A DNA stretch of 64,000 nucleotides from Candidatus Gottesmanbacteria bacterium (GCA_963809665.1 CAWEKC010000005.1:11878-75877), one strand, 5' to 3'; numbered from the stretch's first letter, positions 26,548-37,340 are shown. The notes: a model not told the origin generated them from the letters alone. Translations and numbers: made by a program.

Positions 26548-27837
26548 TCAACCGATAGCCAGACCTGCCTGTTTTACGTTATGAACCGTTTTCGGGGAAA
26601 TGATTGTCGTAAATCCGAGACGCTTGGCTTCCTTCGTCCGCCGCTCGTCCGAACCGATTGAACGTACCTCTCCTAAGAGCCCTACCTCGCCGAACACCGC
26701 GGTTTTAGGGTCCAGCGGTTTATTTTTAAACGAAGAAAGAATAGACAATGCAACCGCAAGATCCGCGGCCGGTTCCGTAATCTTCATGCCCCCGCTCACA
26801 TTGACGAATACATCAAAATTTCCCAACGGAATAGTAAGGCGCTTCTGCAAGATGGCAACAAGCAGCTGCAACCGGTTGTAATCTATCCCGTTTGCAATTC
26901 GTCGCGGCATTGCCAACTGGCTGGGCACCACCAGCGCCTGGATTTCCACTAACATCGGCCGGGTTCCCTCCATCACGACGGTGACAATACTGCCGGGAAC
27001 ATTTTTTACCCTATCCTGCAAAAATAGAGCGGAAGGATTTGCTATCTCCTTCAGGCCTTTCTCGTCCATTTCAAATATTCCCACTTCTTCGATTGCCCCG
27101 AACCGATTTTTGTAGGTACGCAAAATTCTGGCATTGGCAAACCGTTCCCCTTCCAGATATAAAACCGTGTCCACCATATGTTCCAATACTTTCGGCCCTG
27201 CGATTGTCCCCTCTTTCGTAACGTGTCCTATGATGATAATGGAAATACTTTTACGTTTGGCAACGCCCACCAGTAACTCGGCGCAATGCCGGATCTGCCC
27301 CACCGACCCCGCCATTCCGTCCAAATCCCCCGACGATAATGTCTGGATGGAATCCACAACCACCAGTCTTCCCTCAAGACTATCAACGATATGTTCGACT
27401 GACGTCTCTGCCAATACACTGATATTCCCGCCTTCAACACCGAGCCGTTTCGCGCGTAGTTTAATCTGTTCCGCCGATTCCTCACCGGATACGTATAGTC
27501 CTCCGGTTTTGGCAATGACATGAAGCAGCAAGGTTGACTTCCCGATCCCCGGGTCGCCGGCCAGCAGTGTTACCGATCCCGGTACAATCCCCCCGCCCAT
27601 CACGCGGTCAAACTCCGCAAACCCGCTTTTGAGGCGGTTTTTTTCAATATGTTTTACGTCTGAAAGCCTCTGAGGTTGAGAGGTAGAAATATTTTTCAAA
27701 AATTTATTTTGTGTTTTTTCTTCTTCCTTAACCGTCTCAACCAGAGAATTCCATTCACCGCAGTTCGGACACTTCCCGTACCAGCTGGGGCTCTCAAACG
27801 CGCACTGCTGGCAAACGTAGGATGTCCGGAGTTTCAT
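26548..27837 (-). CDS. radA: DNA repair protein RadA/Sms
   Basis: C4 zinc finger, GDPGIGKST, KNRFG and Lon-like C-terminus. Confidence 0.97.
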   Translation of the reverse strand: MKLRTSYVCQQCAFESPSWYGKCPNCGEWNSLVETVKEEEKTQNKFLKNISTSQPQRLSDVKHIEKNRLKSGFAEFDRVMGGGIVPGSVTLLAGDPGIGKSTLLLHVIAKTGGLYVSGEESAEQIKLRAKRLGVEGGNISVLAETSVEHIVDSLEGRLVVVDSIQTLSSGDLDGMAGSVGQIRHCAELLVGVAKRKSISIIIIGHVTKEGTIAGPKVLEHMVDTVLYLEGERFANARILRTYKNRFGAIEEVGIFEMDEKGLKEIANPSALFLQDRVKNVPGSIVTVVMEGTRPMLVEIQALVVPSQLAMPRRIANGIDYNRLQLLVAILQKRLTIPLGNFDVFVNVSGGMKITEPAADLAVALSILSSFKNKPLDPKTAVFGEVGLLGEVRSIGSDERRTKEAKRLGFTTIISPKTVHNVKQAGLAIG

Positions 27838-27931
27838 TGTGGGGATATTCTACAGCATATCGACAATACGCGATAGACGGTATTGACTTAAATATGTGGA
27901 CAACGCATTATGGAAGTTAAGATTTAATTGT

Positions 27932-28963
27932 ATGACAGAAAAATCACCAGCAGCAACGAGTCAACAGAATCCTTCGGATGGGAAATACACACGTGATCCG
28001 CTCGCCGTTGTGGAACCACCGGACCCTTGGTATTTGGGCGGATGGAAAGCCCTAAAAAATCCCAAAGTTGCTCCGTACTTGGGGGTCGGATTATTTCTGA
28101 TCATCGGGATCATATTTACTGTCGCAACCCTGAATCCTCTGCAGATGACTACCCGTGCAACAGCCCATCAAGCGTCGATCACCGTTCTGCCGGCTAAACT
28201 TTCCCTGCCACCAAACGGAACCCTGCAGGTGTGGGCTACAGCAGACAGTCCCGTAGCATTTATCAACGTCCAGATCACGTTTAACCCGGCGGTCGTGAAG
28301 CTAACCACGGAACCCGTTCTGACGACATCAACATGGGGAAGAATCGTCAAACTATCTACCATGGCTGATACCAACACTTCCGGCAAACTGGATATGGTTA
28401 TAGGATTGGATCCCGCGCACGTCCAGTCTCCTCCCAATGGGACATTCCAGATTGCAACCCTGCAGTTCGAAGCAAATACTGCAAATTCTAATGTAACTAC
28501 CTCCGTCGTCGCGTCTGCCATATCCCAACTGGTGGCGGTGGATACGACCGTATTCACCGTCACGGCAGCGGGAAGTACCATTACCGTGAACCCTCTTCCC
28601 TCTCCGACACCCACCACGACTCAGGGCGTCACCCCGATACACACCCGTAAACCGACTCCGACGACTCCGCCTAACGATATCACCCCGCCGGTGGTAACCA
28701 TCACGTCTCCTACGCATGGATCTGTCGTTCCGAATAAAGGCAGCATCTCCATTAAGGTCACGGCATCTGATGCTAGCAAAATTGCCACCATCACAATCAC
28801 CATGGATGGCACCATCGATAAAACCTGCAAAAACACAGCTTCTTGCCAAGATAAAATCGCGGTTAATAAAATACCGGCGGGGAGCCACACTATCACGGCA
28901 ACGGCAATGGACAAAAGCACGAACCATAACACCGCAACAACCACCATCGCCGTAACGAAATAG
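27932..28963 (+). CDS. Membrane-anchored cohesin-like + PT linker + Ig-like (Big) domain protein
   Basis: TM followed by TTRA; VAFINVQITFNPAVVKL...IATLQF cohesin-like pattern; DITPPVVTITSP...GSHTITATAMD Ig-like repeat. Confidence 0.65.
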   Translation: MTEKSPAATSQQNPSDGKYTRDPLAVVEPPDPWYLGGWKALKNPKVAPYLGVGLFLIIGIIFTVATLNPLQMTTRATAHQASITVLPAKLSLPPNGTLQVWATADSPVAFINVQITFNPAVVKLTTEPVLTTSTWGRIVKLSTMADTNTSGKLDMVIGLDPAHVQSPPNGTFQIATLQFEANTANSNVTTSVVASAISQLVAVDTTVFTVTAAGSTITVNPLPSPTPTTTQGVTPIHTRKPTPTTPPNDITPPVVTITSPTHGSVVPNKGSISIKVTASDASKIATITITMDGTIDKTCKNTASCQDKIAVNKIPAGSHTITATAMDKSTNHNTATTTIAVTK

Positions 28964-28984
28964 AGGGCTAAAGAACAAAATTCC

Positions 28985-30101
28985 TTATCTGTAGCCGATA
29001 GGCTTTTCAGTGAGCGTCATTGAGAGGCTGATTTTCCGCTGGTCGGGCTTGATATCTTCGATAATACACTGGATTTCGTCCCCTGCTTTCGGTTCCTCGC
29101 CGGGAGAAATTTTGCTGATGTGGATGAGTCCTTCAATTCCGGGGTGAAAGAATCACAAAAATACCGTACGGCGACACACGGGAAACGGTCCCTTTAACAG
29201 TGCTGTCCTTCTCAAACATATCCAGGACGTGTTCCCACGGATCGGGTAACAGCTGTTTGAGGGATAATGTAAGTTTGCCCGAAGCCGCATCAATGCCGAT
29301 GACTTTCACCTTTATATTGTCCCCTGTTTTGAGGTATTGGTTTGGATCATCGACCTTTTCCCATGCAATTTCTGAGATATGGATTAATCCTTCAATTTCG
29401 TGTTCTGTACCGTCCTTGGTGACCTTCAATTTGGCAAACGCCCCGAATGGTACTACTCCGGTAATGGTGGCGGCTACGGTCTCTCCGACGGTCAGTGCGG
29501 ACAATACGTCCTTTTGTTTGGCGAGGGCCGCGCCTTCAGTGACTGCGCGTTGGGAAAATACCAGACGGTTTGTATCACGGTCCACCTCGACGATTTTCGC
29601 GCTTACTCTGCGGTTAATGGATTTGTCTAACTGTTTAAATGTTGCGCCATCCAGCTGTGACTGCGGAATATAGCCACGTAGCCCGCCGTAATCAACCAAA
29701 ATACCGCCGCGGACCGGCTCTTTGAGCGTTACTTCAACCACTTCTCCGCTCTTTTGTTTTTCAGTCAGGGCTGCCCACCGTTTTTCAAAAATACTCCGGC
29801 GCAGGGACAGTACGGACTGTCCGCGGTCGTTTTCTGCAACGATGACCTGGGCAACCACCGTATCCCCGACTTTAAGGGACATAAGCATGTCTCGGTACGT
29901 CTCCAGCTCCCGGTCGATAACCACGCCCTCGGTTTTTCCGCCAATATCTATAGTAATTTCCTTGCGGGATATACGCGTGATTTTCCCCTCAACGACATCA
30001 CCTTTTTTTACGCCTTTAAGGGTATACGAAGTTTGCGCGAGCAGCTCCTCCATGGTCTGGGGAGCAGAAGTCTTAGATGAGGATTTTGTTGATTTGGCCA
30101 T
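28985..30101 (-). CDS. rpsA: 30S ribosomal protein S1 (short form, ~4 S1 domains), apparent frameshift at 29141-29144
   Basis: Repeated S1 domains (EGLIHISEIAW). Removing one base of the C4 run restores PGIEGLIHISKIS...KISLS to the stop at 28985. Confidence 0.9.
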
Positions 30102-30159
30102 TCATGAATACCGCCTTTCGATAGGATAAGGGGTATTATAGCCTATTTTGTGCTTGCGC

Positions 30160-30540
30160 TCAATGCTCAGCTTTTTCCGCCACTGCAGCCTCGGCCTTGG
30201 TTTTATGCACCGTCCCATCGGGATGGTTCGGCGGCGAATATATCGTGTAGAGTTTCAGTTCCTCCGCTCCGGTATTCACCACATTATGCATATTGCCTGC
30301 CGGAACAATCGCCACGTCGCCGTCGGCAACGTCATAATCCACGCCGGCGATAGTCACTCTCCCTTTCCCGGTCTCAAACCGGAAAAACTGGTCCACCTGC
30401 GGGTGAACTTCCATACCGATTTCCTCCCCGGGCTTCAGTGTCATGAGCACGAGCTGCGCATGCAGTCCGGTGTAGAGAACCTGCCGGAAATAGGTATTTG
30501 CCCGCGTGAGCTCCTCAATATTTGCTTTATATCCGATCAT
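30160..30540 (-). CDS. Cupin domain protein (mannose-6-phosphate isomerase-like)
   Basis: EIGMEVH..DQFF, VPAGNMHNV and LYTIYSPPNH motifs; GGAGGTG SD. Confidence 0.85.
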   Translation of the reverse strand: MIGYKANIEELTRANTYFRQVLYTGLHAQLVLMTLKPGEEIGMEVHPQVDQFFRFETGKGRVTIAGVDYDVADGDVAIVPAGNMHNVVNTGAEELKLYTIYSPPNHPDGTVHKTKAEAAVAEKAEH

Positions 30541-30666
30541 ATTTTTCACCTCCTATGAGTATCATACCACGCCTTTGCCATATACCATTCTGTAATAGAG
30601 ATTACAGATAACCAAACAGGAATACTTCATACTTCAAGTATAGGTAACATTTATAGGAGGTATTTT

Positions 30667-31047
30667 ATGATTAAAAAAATTGATGCAGTCCTTTTATCAA
30701 GTCCGAATGCCAAAAAACTCGCGGCATTTTACACGGATACAGTCGGAGTAAAATTTCAGTTTGAAGGTGAAATGGGAGACGGAGACAATGTCTACGGGGC
30801 TAGTTTCAAAGGAAGCGGTGACTTTACCGTCATGGACCACAGTAAAGTCAAAGGAAAAAGTACGCAGCCGGAGCGGTTTATGGTTAATTTCGAGGTAGAT
30901 AACGTTCAAAAAGAATTCAACCGGCTGAAAAAGAACGGTGTTAAAGTGATTTCACCGGTCTATCACATACAGGACTACGGCTACATTGCTACCTTTGAGG
31001 ACCCGGACGGTAATTATTTCCAGCTCGTGCAGGTCCGGGCAAAATAA
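30667..31047 (+). CDS. VOC/glyoxalase family protein
   Basis: AAFY..VG, NFEVDNV and FEDPDGNYFQL motifs; AGGAGG SD. Confidence 0.88.
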   Translation: MIKKIDAVLLSSPNAKKLAAFYTDTVGVKFQFEGEMGDGDNVYGASFKGSGDFTVMDHSKVKGKSTQPERFMVNFEVDNVQKEFNRLKKNGVKVISPVYHIQDYGYIATFEDPDGNYFQLVQVRAK

Positions 31048-31051
31048 CCGT

Positions 31052-31579
31052 ATGAAAGCAGTCATACTTACCGCGGATGAGTTTGAGGATATGGAGGTTA
31101 TGTATCCTCTATTCCGTCTGCAGGAAGCGGGGTGGAAGATCGACGTAGCGGCGCCGACAAAAGAGTCGATCCACGGGGAATTCGGGTACGGCGAACTGGT
31201 CCCCGATGTCACGATTGGCAAGGTAAATCCCGACGACTATGATCTCCTCATTATTACCGGCGGGGCGCCTACGGGCGCGCCGGCGGTTGTACGGAAAATC
31301 AAAAAGGCGCAGGAAATAACCAGATCGTTTTTTGCCAAAAACAAGCCCGTTGCGTCCATCTGTCACGGTCCGTGGACCCTTGCGGATGCGGGGGTTGTTG
31401 CAGGCCGTCATCTCACATGTTACTGGCACGACGGCGTTCCGGAGTCAGTGAAAGCCGCAGGCGGTATCTGGGAGGATAAAGAGGTTGTCGTGGACGGAAA
31501 TCTTGTTACATCGCGCTGGCCGCCGGATCTTCCGGCGTTCATGCGCGAAACGCTTAAACTCGTAAGTGCGAAAAATTAA
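31052..31579 (+). CDS. DJ-1/PfpI family protein
   Basis: FEDME, ITGG, SICHGPW and VVDGNLVTSR motifs. Confidence 0.92.
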   Translation: MKAVILTADEFEDMEVMYPLFRLQEAGWKIDVAAPTKESIHGEFGYGELVPDVTIGKVNPDDYDLLIITGGAPTGAPAVVRKIKKAQEITRSFFAKNKPVASICHGPWTLADAGVVAGRHLTCYWHDGVPESVKAAGGIWEDKEVVVDGNLVTSRWPPDLPAFMRETLKLVSAKN

Positions 31580-31609
31580 GCGGCTCAACGTCCATTACCA
31601 CCAAACGGT

Positions 31610-31783
31610 CTATTTTGACACCGCTGTAGCCGGTTTTTCAGCCGGTGAATTATTCTGGGGGTTCTGTCCCGAATATATAATGATATCGTTCAGCGAGTCT
31701 TTCAGGTCGCGGACGAGCGTTGCTTTCAGGATTTCCCCATTCTTATGAACAGTAATAGGAATTTCTTGTTCTATATGTACCAA
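31610..31783 (-). CDS. Small hypothetical protein (57 aa, TTG start), not in ORF track
   Basis: Strong AAGGAGGTGA SD; MVHIEQEIPITVHKNGEILKATLVRDLKDS...; upstream TTGACA-18-TATACT. Confidence 0.5.
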   Translation of the reverse strand: MVHIEQEIPITVHKNGEILKATLVRDLKDSLNDIIIYSGQNPQNNSPAEKPATAVSK

Positions 31784-31898
31784 TTGTTCTTCACCTCCTT
31801 TTTTACCATAAAAAAACCAGAGATTGGCTCTGGGATTCTAGTATAGGGGGGTATTTTGCGGTCTGTCAATGCATCAAAAAACCGATCCGGGACTTTTA

Positions 31899-32408
31899 TT
31901 ACTTTTTCAGGAGGGTTTCCGGTGTTTGGCCGGTCCGGGCGATCACGGCTGCGCGGTACCGCAAGCGGTTGGGATTATCCTCAGTTGCGATTGTATACAT
32001 AAGTAATACCGCTTCGGGTGGGTATTCGGTCAACCAATCTCGGCGGACAGGTTGTGCGAGCCACGGAACGTCTTTCTGTTCCGTGTCGGGAACCAGAAGA
32101 TGTACGACGGGACCGCCGAGCTCTTTTTCCCAGGCTTTCATCTGTTGAGATGCACGGAAATTATCACGCACCGTCCATAACTTATCATCAGGTTGCAAAA
32201 GATATAATGCACTTTTCACCTTTTTGAATATATCTACATCAGAGAAATCGACAATCCAACCCTTGGATAAATTTTTCGGGATCTCATCGTCCAGAACCAA
32301 GTCCGTAATGCGGCGCCGGTTGTTATTAAGGTTCTCCAAAGCCCACAGTAATCCGCTCGAGATTCTATTCTTATACTCTTGGCTTTCTATCTCCGGTCTT
32401 TGCGACAT
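31899..32408 (-). CDS. Hypothetical protein
   Basis: ~170 aa ORF downstream of 5S; start uncertain. Confidence 0.5.
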   Translation of the reverse strand: MSQRPEIESQEYKNRISSGLLWALENLNNNRRRITDLVLDDEIPKNLSKGWIVDFSDVDIFKKVKSALYLLQPDDKLWTVRDNFRASQQMKAWEKELGGPVVHLLVPDTEQKDVPWLAQPVRRDWLTEYPPEAVLLMYTIATEDNPNRLRYRAAVIARTGQTPETLLKK

Positions 32409-32466
32409 GATGGGCGCACTATAGCGCGAATACCAGCGGGAAGTCAAATAAAAACCGCTCCAATGT

Positions 32467-32586
32467 CCCCCAGCCTTGACCTATCTTCCCGGTTCCTTGC
32501 GGAATAGGTATTGTCAGCGCTGACGCGTTTCACTTCCGAGTTCGGAATGGGATCGGGTGGGTCCACGTCGCTCAAAAGACTGGAAG
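32467..32586 (-). rRNA. rrf: 5S rRNA
   Basis: CCACCCGATCCCATTCCGAACTCGGAAGTGAAAC signature; complementary ends extended by a processing stem. Ends approximate. Confidence 0.93.
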
Positions 32587-33013
32587 ACACCGGAGCGGTT
32601 CTTCCAAAATAAAAGTATTCACTTGTTAATAAAGTAGTTGTACGTAAGGGATAATCCATGCGGACTTCCTTACTGTTTTACAATTTGTTGGAATAAAGAA
32701 CGAATGTACGTTTGTAAACGTAAACCTTTGTTCTCCACAACATCGATCGATTAGTACGAGTAAGCTAAGCACCTTACGGTGTGTACACTTCTCGCCTATC
32801 AAACCCGTATTCTCCGGGTGATCTGTAACGATTCTTCATCTTGGGTTGGGCTTGGTGCTTGAGATGCTTTCAGCACTTATCCCGTCCGGATCTAGCTACC
32901 CAACGTTGCCTGTTGTCAGACAATTGGCACACCAGGGATCCGTTCCTCCCGGTCCTCTCGTACTAGGGAGAACTCCCCTCAAGAATCTAACGCTTGCACA
33001 GGATAGAGACCGA

Positions 33014-33325
33014 CAAATTTGTTAATCTGAATGTCGCCATTCAGTTCGGACTATATCTTCCACGCCTCATCGGCGGGTCTGACATATAGTCTCTGAGGGG
33101 TCCGTCGTATGACAGACTTCCCTGCTGATTGTCTGCATTGAACGATTTTTACTCGTAAAAGTACGTTCAAATACTCAGAGTTTCCAGCAAATAGTCAGAT
33201 TTACACTTTGCACAACATTGCGCAAAGTATGCTTTCAAAATATAACAGTAATAATTCTCGATGGAGTTTCCAAAAAACGTCTGAAAGCGGACAGCTCTTC
33301 TTACGTACGGTCGTACGTATTGTCT
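33014..33325 (-). ncRNA. Group I intron at 23S position L2604 (312 nt, no ORF)
   Basis: Exons GAGACAGU|UCGGUC; ends in G; P (UUGCUGGAAA), Q (AAUCAGCAGG), R (UCAGAGACUAUA) and S (AAGAUAUAGUCC) elements; P1 with U:G. Confidence 0.93.
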
Positions 33326-33361
<36 letters not shown>

Positions 33362-33472
33362 CTTTTAACCGGCGAACAGCCGGACCCTTGGGACCTTCTC
33401 CAGCCCCAGGATAGGATGAGCCGACATCGAGGTGCCAAACCGCCTCGTCGCTATGGACTCTCGGAAGCGATC

Positions 33473-33505
<33 letters not shown>

Positions 33506-33830
33506 AAGCCCGCTACCTCCCACGAGGTATGCGAGGATCACTAACACCTACTTTCGTACCTGCTCGACTTGTATGTCTCGCAGTCAAGCTGGCTTATGCG
33601 TTTGCACGACAAGTCCTGATTTCCATTCAGGATTAGCCAACCTTTGTACGCCTCCGTTACACTTTTGGAGGCAACCTCCCCAGTTAAACTGCCCACCAGA
33701 CAGTGTTCTTCTCCCGGATTTTTATGCGGGAGTAAGTAAGATTTCGTCATTCCAAAGAGTGGTATTCCATGTTTCGCCCGAAGGCTCCCACCTATTCTCG
33801 ACAGTCAAAATAACGTCCTCAGTGCCAAGT

Positions 33831-33861
<31 letters not shown>

Positions 33862-33939
33862 ATGTGTAAGTAGGCCGCATCTTCACAGCCATTTCAATTT
33901 CGCCGGGTAACAGTTCAAGACAGTCACTAAGTCATTCTA

Positions 33940-33974
<35 letters not shown>

Positions 33975-33981
33975 CTTCGCT

Positions 33982-34258
33982 CATAAATCGTGTTAGCTTC
34001 ATGTCGCCATGAAGATCAGACTATATCTTCTCGCCGATGTGATCGGGATCGCACGTGTAGTCGTTGAGGATTTCTCGATATTGTTATCGAGATCTTTCCT
34101 GCTGATTGACTCCACTCGAACAGATTATTACCTTGTGGTACTGTTGATATTCAGAGTTATTCCAGCATATAGTGCAATTTTTCTATATACCCACTTTCCT
34201 ATTTGCACGGTGAATATACGAGAGGTTTGGCTACCTCACTATGGCAGCGAAAATATCT
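33982..34258 (-). ncRNA. Group I intron at 23S position L1931 (277 nt, no ORF)
   Basis: Exons CUAUGGU|AGCGAAG; IGS GCCAUAG; P/Q/R/S elements; terminal G. Confidence 0.92.
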
Positions 34259-34272
34259 ACCATAGAACAGTT

Positions 34273-34982
34273 CACTTTGTTATATACTCCGGTTGGTTAC
34301 GTAATCTCATAGTCGCCTATGAGGTCGGACTATATCATCTCCTGATTACATCGGAGGTCGAGCGTATAGTCTCTGAGGATTCTTGAAGAGGAAATACATC
34401 GTTAATACCATATTTTCTTGTTCTTCCTTTTCCTTCATTGATTGTTTCCCGAAGAAGAAGGATTTTCTTTAACCCGGATTGAGTTCTATGCTCCCCTCTC
34501 TCCATCAAATCGGCGATCTTGCAAAAAATCGCAAAATTTCGCTTTTTTGACTGGGAAAGGACCGGATATCGTCGAAAATACGGAATAACGTGCTTGATTA
34601 AATCGTCCGGATTCGTAGCATCAAATGAATGAAGTCCGTCCCGTTTTCGAACCTTAATAATCCCGCATTGAAGTTCATCCTTCAGTATTTGTAATATTGT
34701 CGGATCCTTCTGCGATACATTAAAGCTCATGACGACTTGCCAGTTGACCTTATAGTCAGCTTTCCGTCGTAACGAAACGTTAAAACTTCCCTCACCTTCT
34801 ACAAACCCGGCTAAGAAATAACCAAGTTTTTCCTTTTTCAAGTCTTTCCTGCTGATTTGCTGCACTGACCGCATTGTCACCAGTATATCTGGTAGCGTCA
34901 GATACTTCAACCGTTCGCTTTTCCGCGACGGTACAGCTCTTCCAGCATTTAGTCAACTTTTACAACTACAAAACTGTATTTT
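34273..34982 (-). mobile_element. Group I intron at 23S position L1917 (710 nt) carrying a homing endonuclease
   Basis: Exons GUAACUAU|AACUGUU; IGS GUAGUUG; P/Q/R/S elements; terminal G. Confidence 0.93.
34335..34874 (-). CDS. Single-motif LAGLIDADG homing endonuclease
   Basis: YFLAGFVEGEGSF, FNVSQK, CGII and VIPYF..YP motifs. ATG 34874 chosen (track start TTG 34910). Confidence 0.93.
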   Translation of the reverse strand: MRSVQQISRKDLKKEKLGYFLAGFVEGEGSFNVSLRRKADYKVNWQVVMSFNVSQKDPTILQILKDELQCGIIKVRKRDGLHSFDATNPDDLIKHVIPYFRRYPVLSQSKKRNFAIFCKIADLMERGEHRTQSGLKKILLLRETINEGKGRTRKYGINDVFPLQESSETIRSTSDVIRR

Positions 34983-36430
34983 ATAGTTACTGCTGCCGTT
35001 CACCGGAGCTTAAAAAATCGGCTTCTCTCTTGCGAAAGTTACCAACCTTTTTTAACTTACCGGCACTGGGCAGGTGTCAGCCCCTATACGTTGCGTTTCC
35101 GCTTCGCAGAGACCTGTGTTTTAGTTAAACAGTTGCTTAGTGTCGTGTGTTGAAACCCGGATTGCTCCAGGCAAGGCATCTCCCATAAGTTACGCCTAGT
35201 TTTTGTTGCCGAGTTCCTTTAACTGCTGTCGCCCGCTTGCCTTGGTATACTCTACCAGCGCACCTGTGTCGGTTTGTGGTACGGAAAACATATGCTTCTC
35301 AACGGAAATTTTCTCGAAAACAGAACTATCTCTGTTGCCCTCGCCTTGCGGCTCAGACTTCCCTACTTCTCAATTAATCGCAATAACGGATTTACCAGTT
35401 ATCACTATTTCGAAGCTTGGCGGCCAACGAATCAACCGCGAGACCAATCCTCTTTTGTCAATCCTTTGAGTCTTAATTAGCATACACTTGTAACGGAATA
35501 TAAACCGTTTCTACATCGAGCTACGCCCCCCATAGGGGCCTCGCCTTAGTTCCGACTAACCCGAAGTCGACGAACGTTGCTTCGGAAACCTTGCGCATTC
35601 GGCATGAAGGATTCGCACCTTCAAACGCTACTCATTCCGGCATTCTCACTTCTGTCCGCTCCAGCTGCCCTCACGGGCTGGCCTTCACTGCTGAACAGAA
35701 CGCTCCCTTACCACTTACTCCCGATAAATCGGGAATAAATTTCAATCGTCGGTAACATACTTGAGCCTCGATCATTTTCGGCGCCACGGCTTTCGTCCAG
35801 TGCGCTGTTACGCTTTCTTTAAAAGGTGGCTGCTTCTAAGCCAACTTCCTGGGTGTTTTAAAACCATGACTTCCTTAACCACTTAGTATGTATTTAGAGA
35901 CCTTAGATGTGAATCTGGGCTGTTGCCCTTTAGACACACGCGCTTAGCCGTGCATGTCTGACTGGCCAGGTACGGACGAAAGTATTCGGAGTTTGATTAA
36001 TGCGCGTTCCTTGCGAAACTCACATCATTCAGTGCTCTACCCCTTCGTACGAGTGACTGACCGCTATACCTAAATATATTTCAGGGAGAACCAGCTATCT
36101 CCAGGCTCGATAGGCATATTACCCCTAACCACAAGTCATCTCACAGATTTGTAACTCTGAAGAGTTCGGGCCTCCACCCATCTTTCGATAGGCTTCACCC
36201 TGCTCATGGTTAGCTCGCCCTGGTTTCGGGTCTACCGCCTGCTGCTAGTGTTTCGCCCAATTAGGGCTCGCTTTCACTACGCCTCCTCAACTCGCGTTGA
36301 TTAGACTTGCAGTAGATCGGTAACTCACCGGATCATTCTTCAATAGGCACGACGTCATCTATCTTGCGATAAACTTCGTCTGTTTGTTAGCTGACAATTT
36401 CAGGTACTATTTCATTCCCCTTCCGGGGTG

Positions 36431-36469
<39 letters not shown>

Positions 36470-36682
36470 GTATTCATGTATTTAGCCTTGGATCGTGGTC
36501 GACCCAGATTCCCACAGACCCTTCGTGGTCCATGGTACTTAGGAACCAATTAGCGGAAATTATCATGTCGAATACGAGGCTTTCACTCTCTCTGGCCGCC
36601 TATTCCGAGGCGTTCTTCTACAACAATTTCATCACATATCACTGGCCCTACAACCCCAATCCTTGCGGATTGGTTTAGGCTG

Positions 36683-36714
<32 letters not shown>

Positions 36715-37196
36715 TCTATTGATTTATTTTCCTCACCTTACTGAGATGTTTCAGTTCAGATGGTATCCCACACAACACTATGACCATCTTTCGATAATTT
36801 TTATGTTGTGCTCCCCCTTGCGGGGTGGGTTGCCCCATTCGGAAACCGTCGGATCGGTGGATTATAGCTCCTCCCCGACGAATATCGCTGCTATATACGT
36901 CCTTCCTCGGCATGAATACCCTGGGCATCCATTGTCAACTTGTAGCGTTGCAGAGAACAAAGGTCGCAATCTGCTTTTGGCAAATTGCACTTTGTTCTTT
37001 CTCCAACAAAATTGTTATGCAGTAAGAAATAATCCGAAGGATTACCCCTTACGATGCAACTACTTGTTTTTCAAATTCTTTCCATAATAGGAATTGCACC
37101 TACACTATGGAAAAGTCGTTAAATTTTTAACGTGCTGCGCTAAAAAGTTATGCGTAGTAAGGCAGTACCCTGCCCTAGTACCCATAACCTTTCCAG

Positions 37197-37269
37197 TGGA
37201 CCCGGGCGGAGTCGAACCGCCTGCCTCTTCATTGCAAATGAAGCGTTCAACCAGGTAAACTTCGGGCCC
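37197..37269 (-). tRNA. tRNA-Ala(TGC)
   Basis: GGGCCCG..CGGGTCCA, G3:U70, anticodon TGC, GGTTCGACTCC T-arm. Confidence 0.95.
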
Positions 37270-37313
37270 GCGATTTTCTCCGTTGTCCAATTGTTTAACG
37301 TGCGTGGGGCATT

Positions 37314-37340
37314 AAAAAACCCCGCCTGAGATGCGGGGCT
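37314..37340 (-). terminator. Terminator-like (or boxB-like) hairpin in the rRNA leader
   Basis: AGCCCCGC-N7-GCGGGGT followed by T5. Confidence 0.55.
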
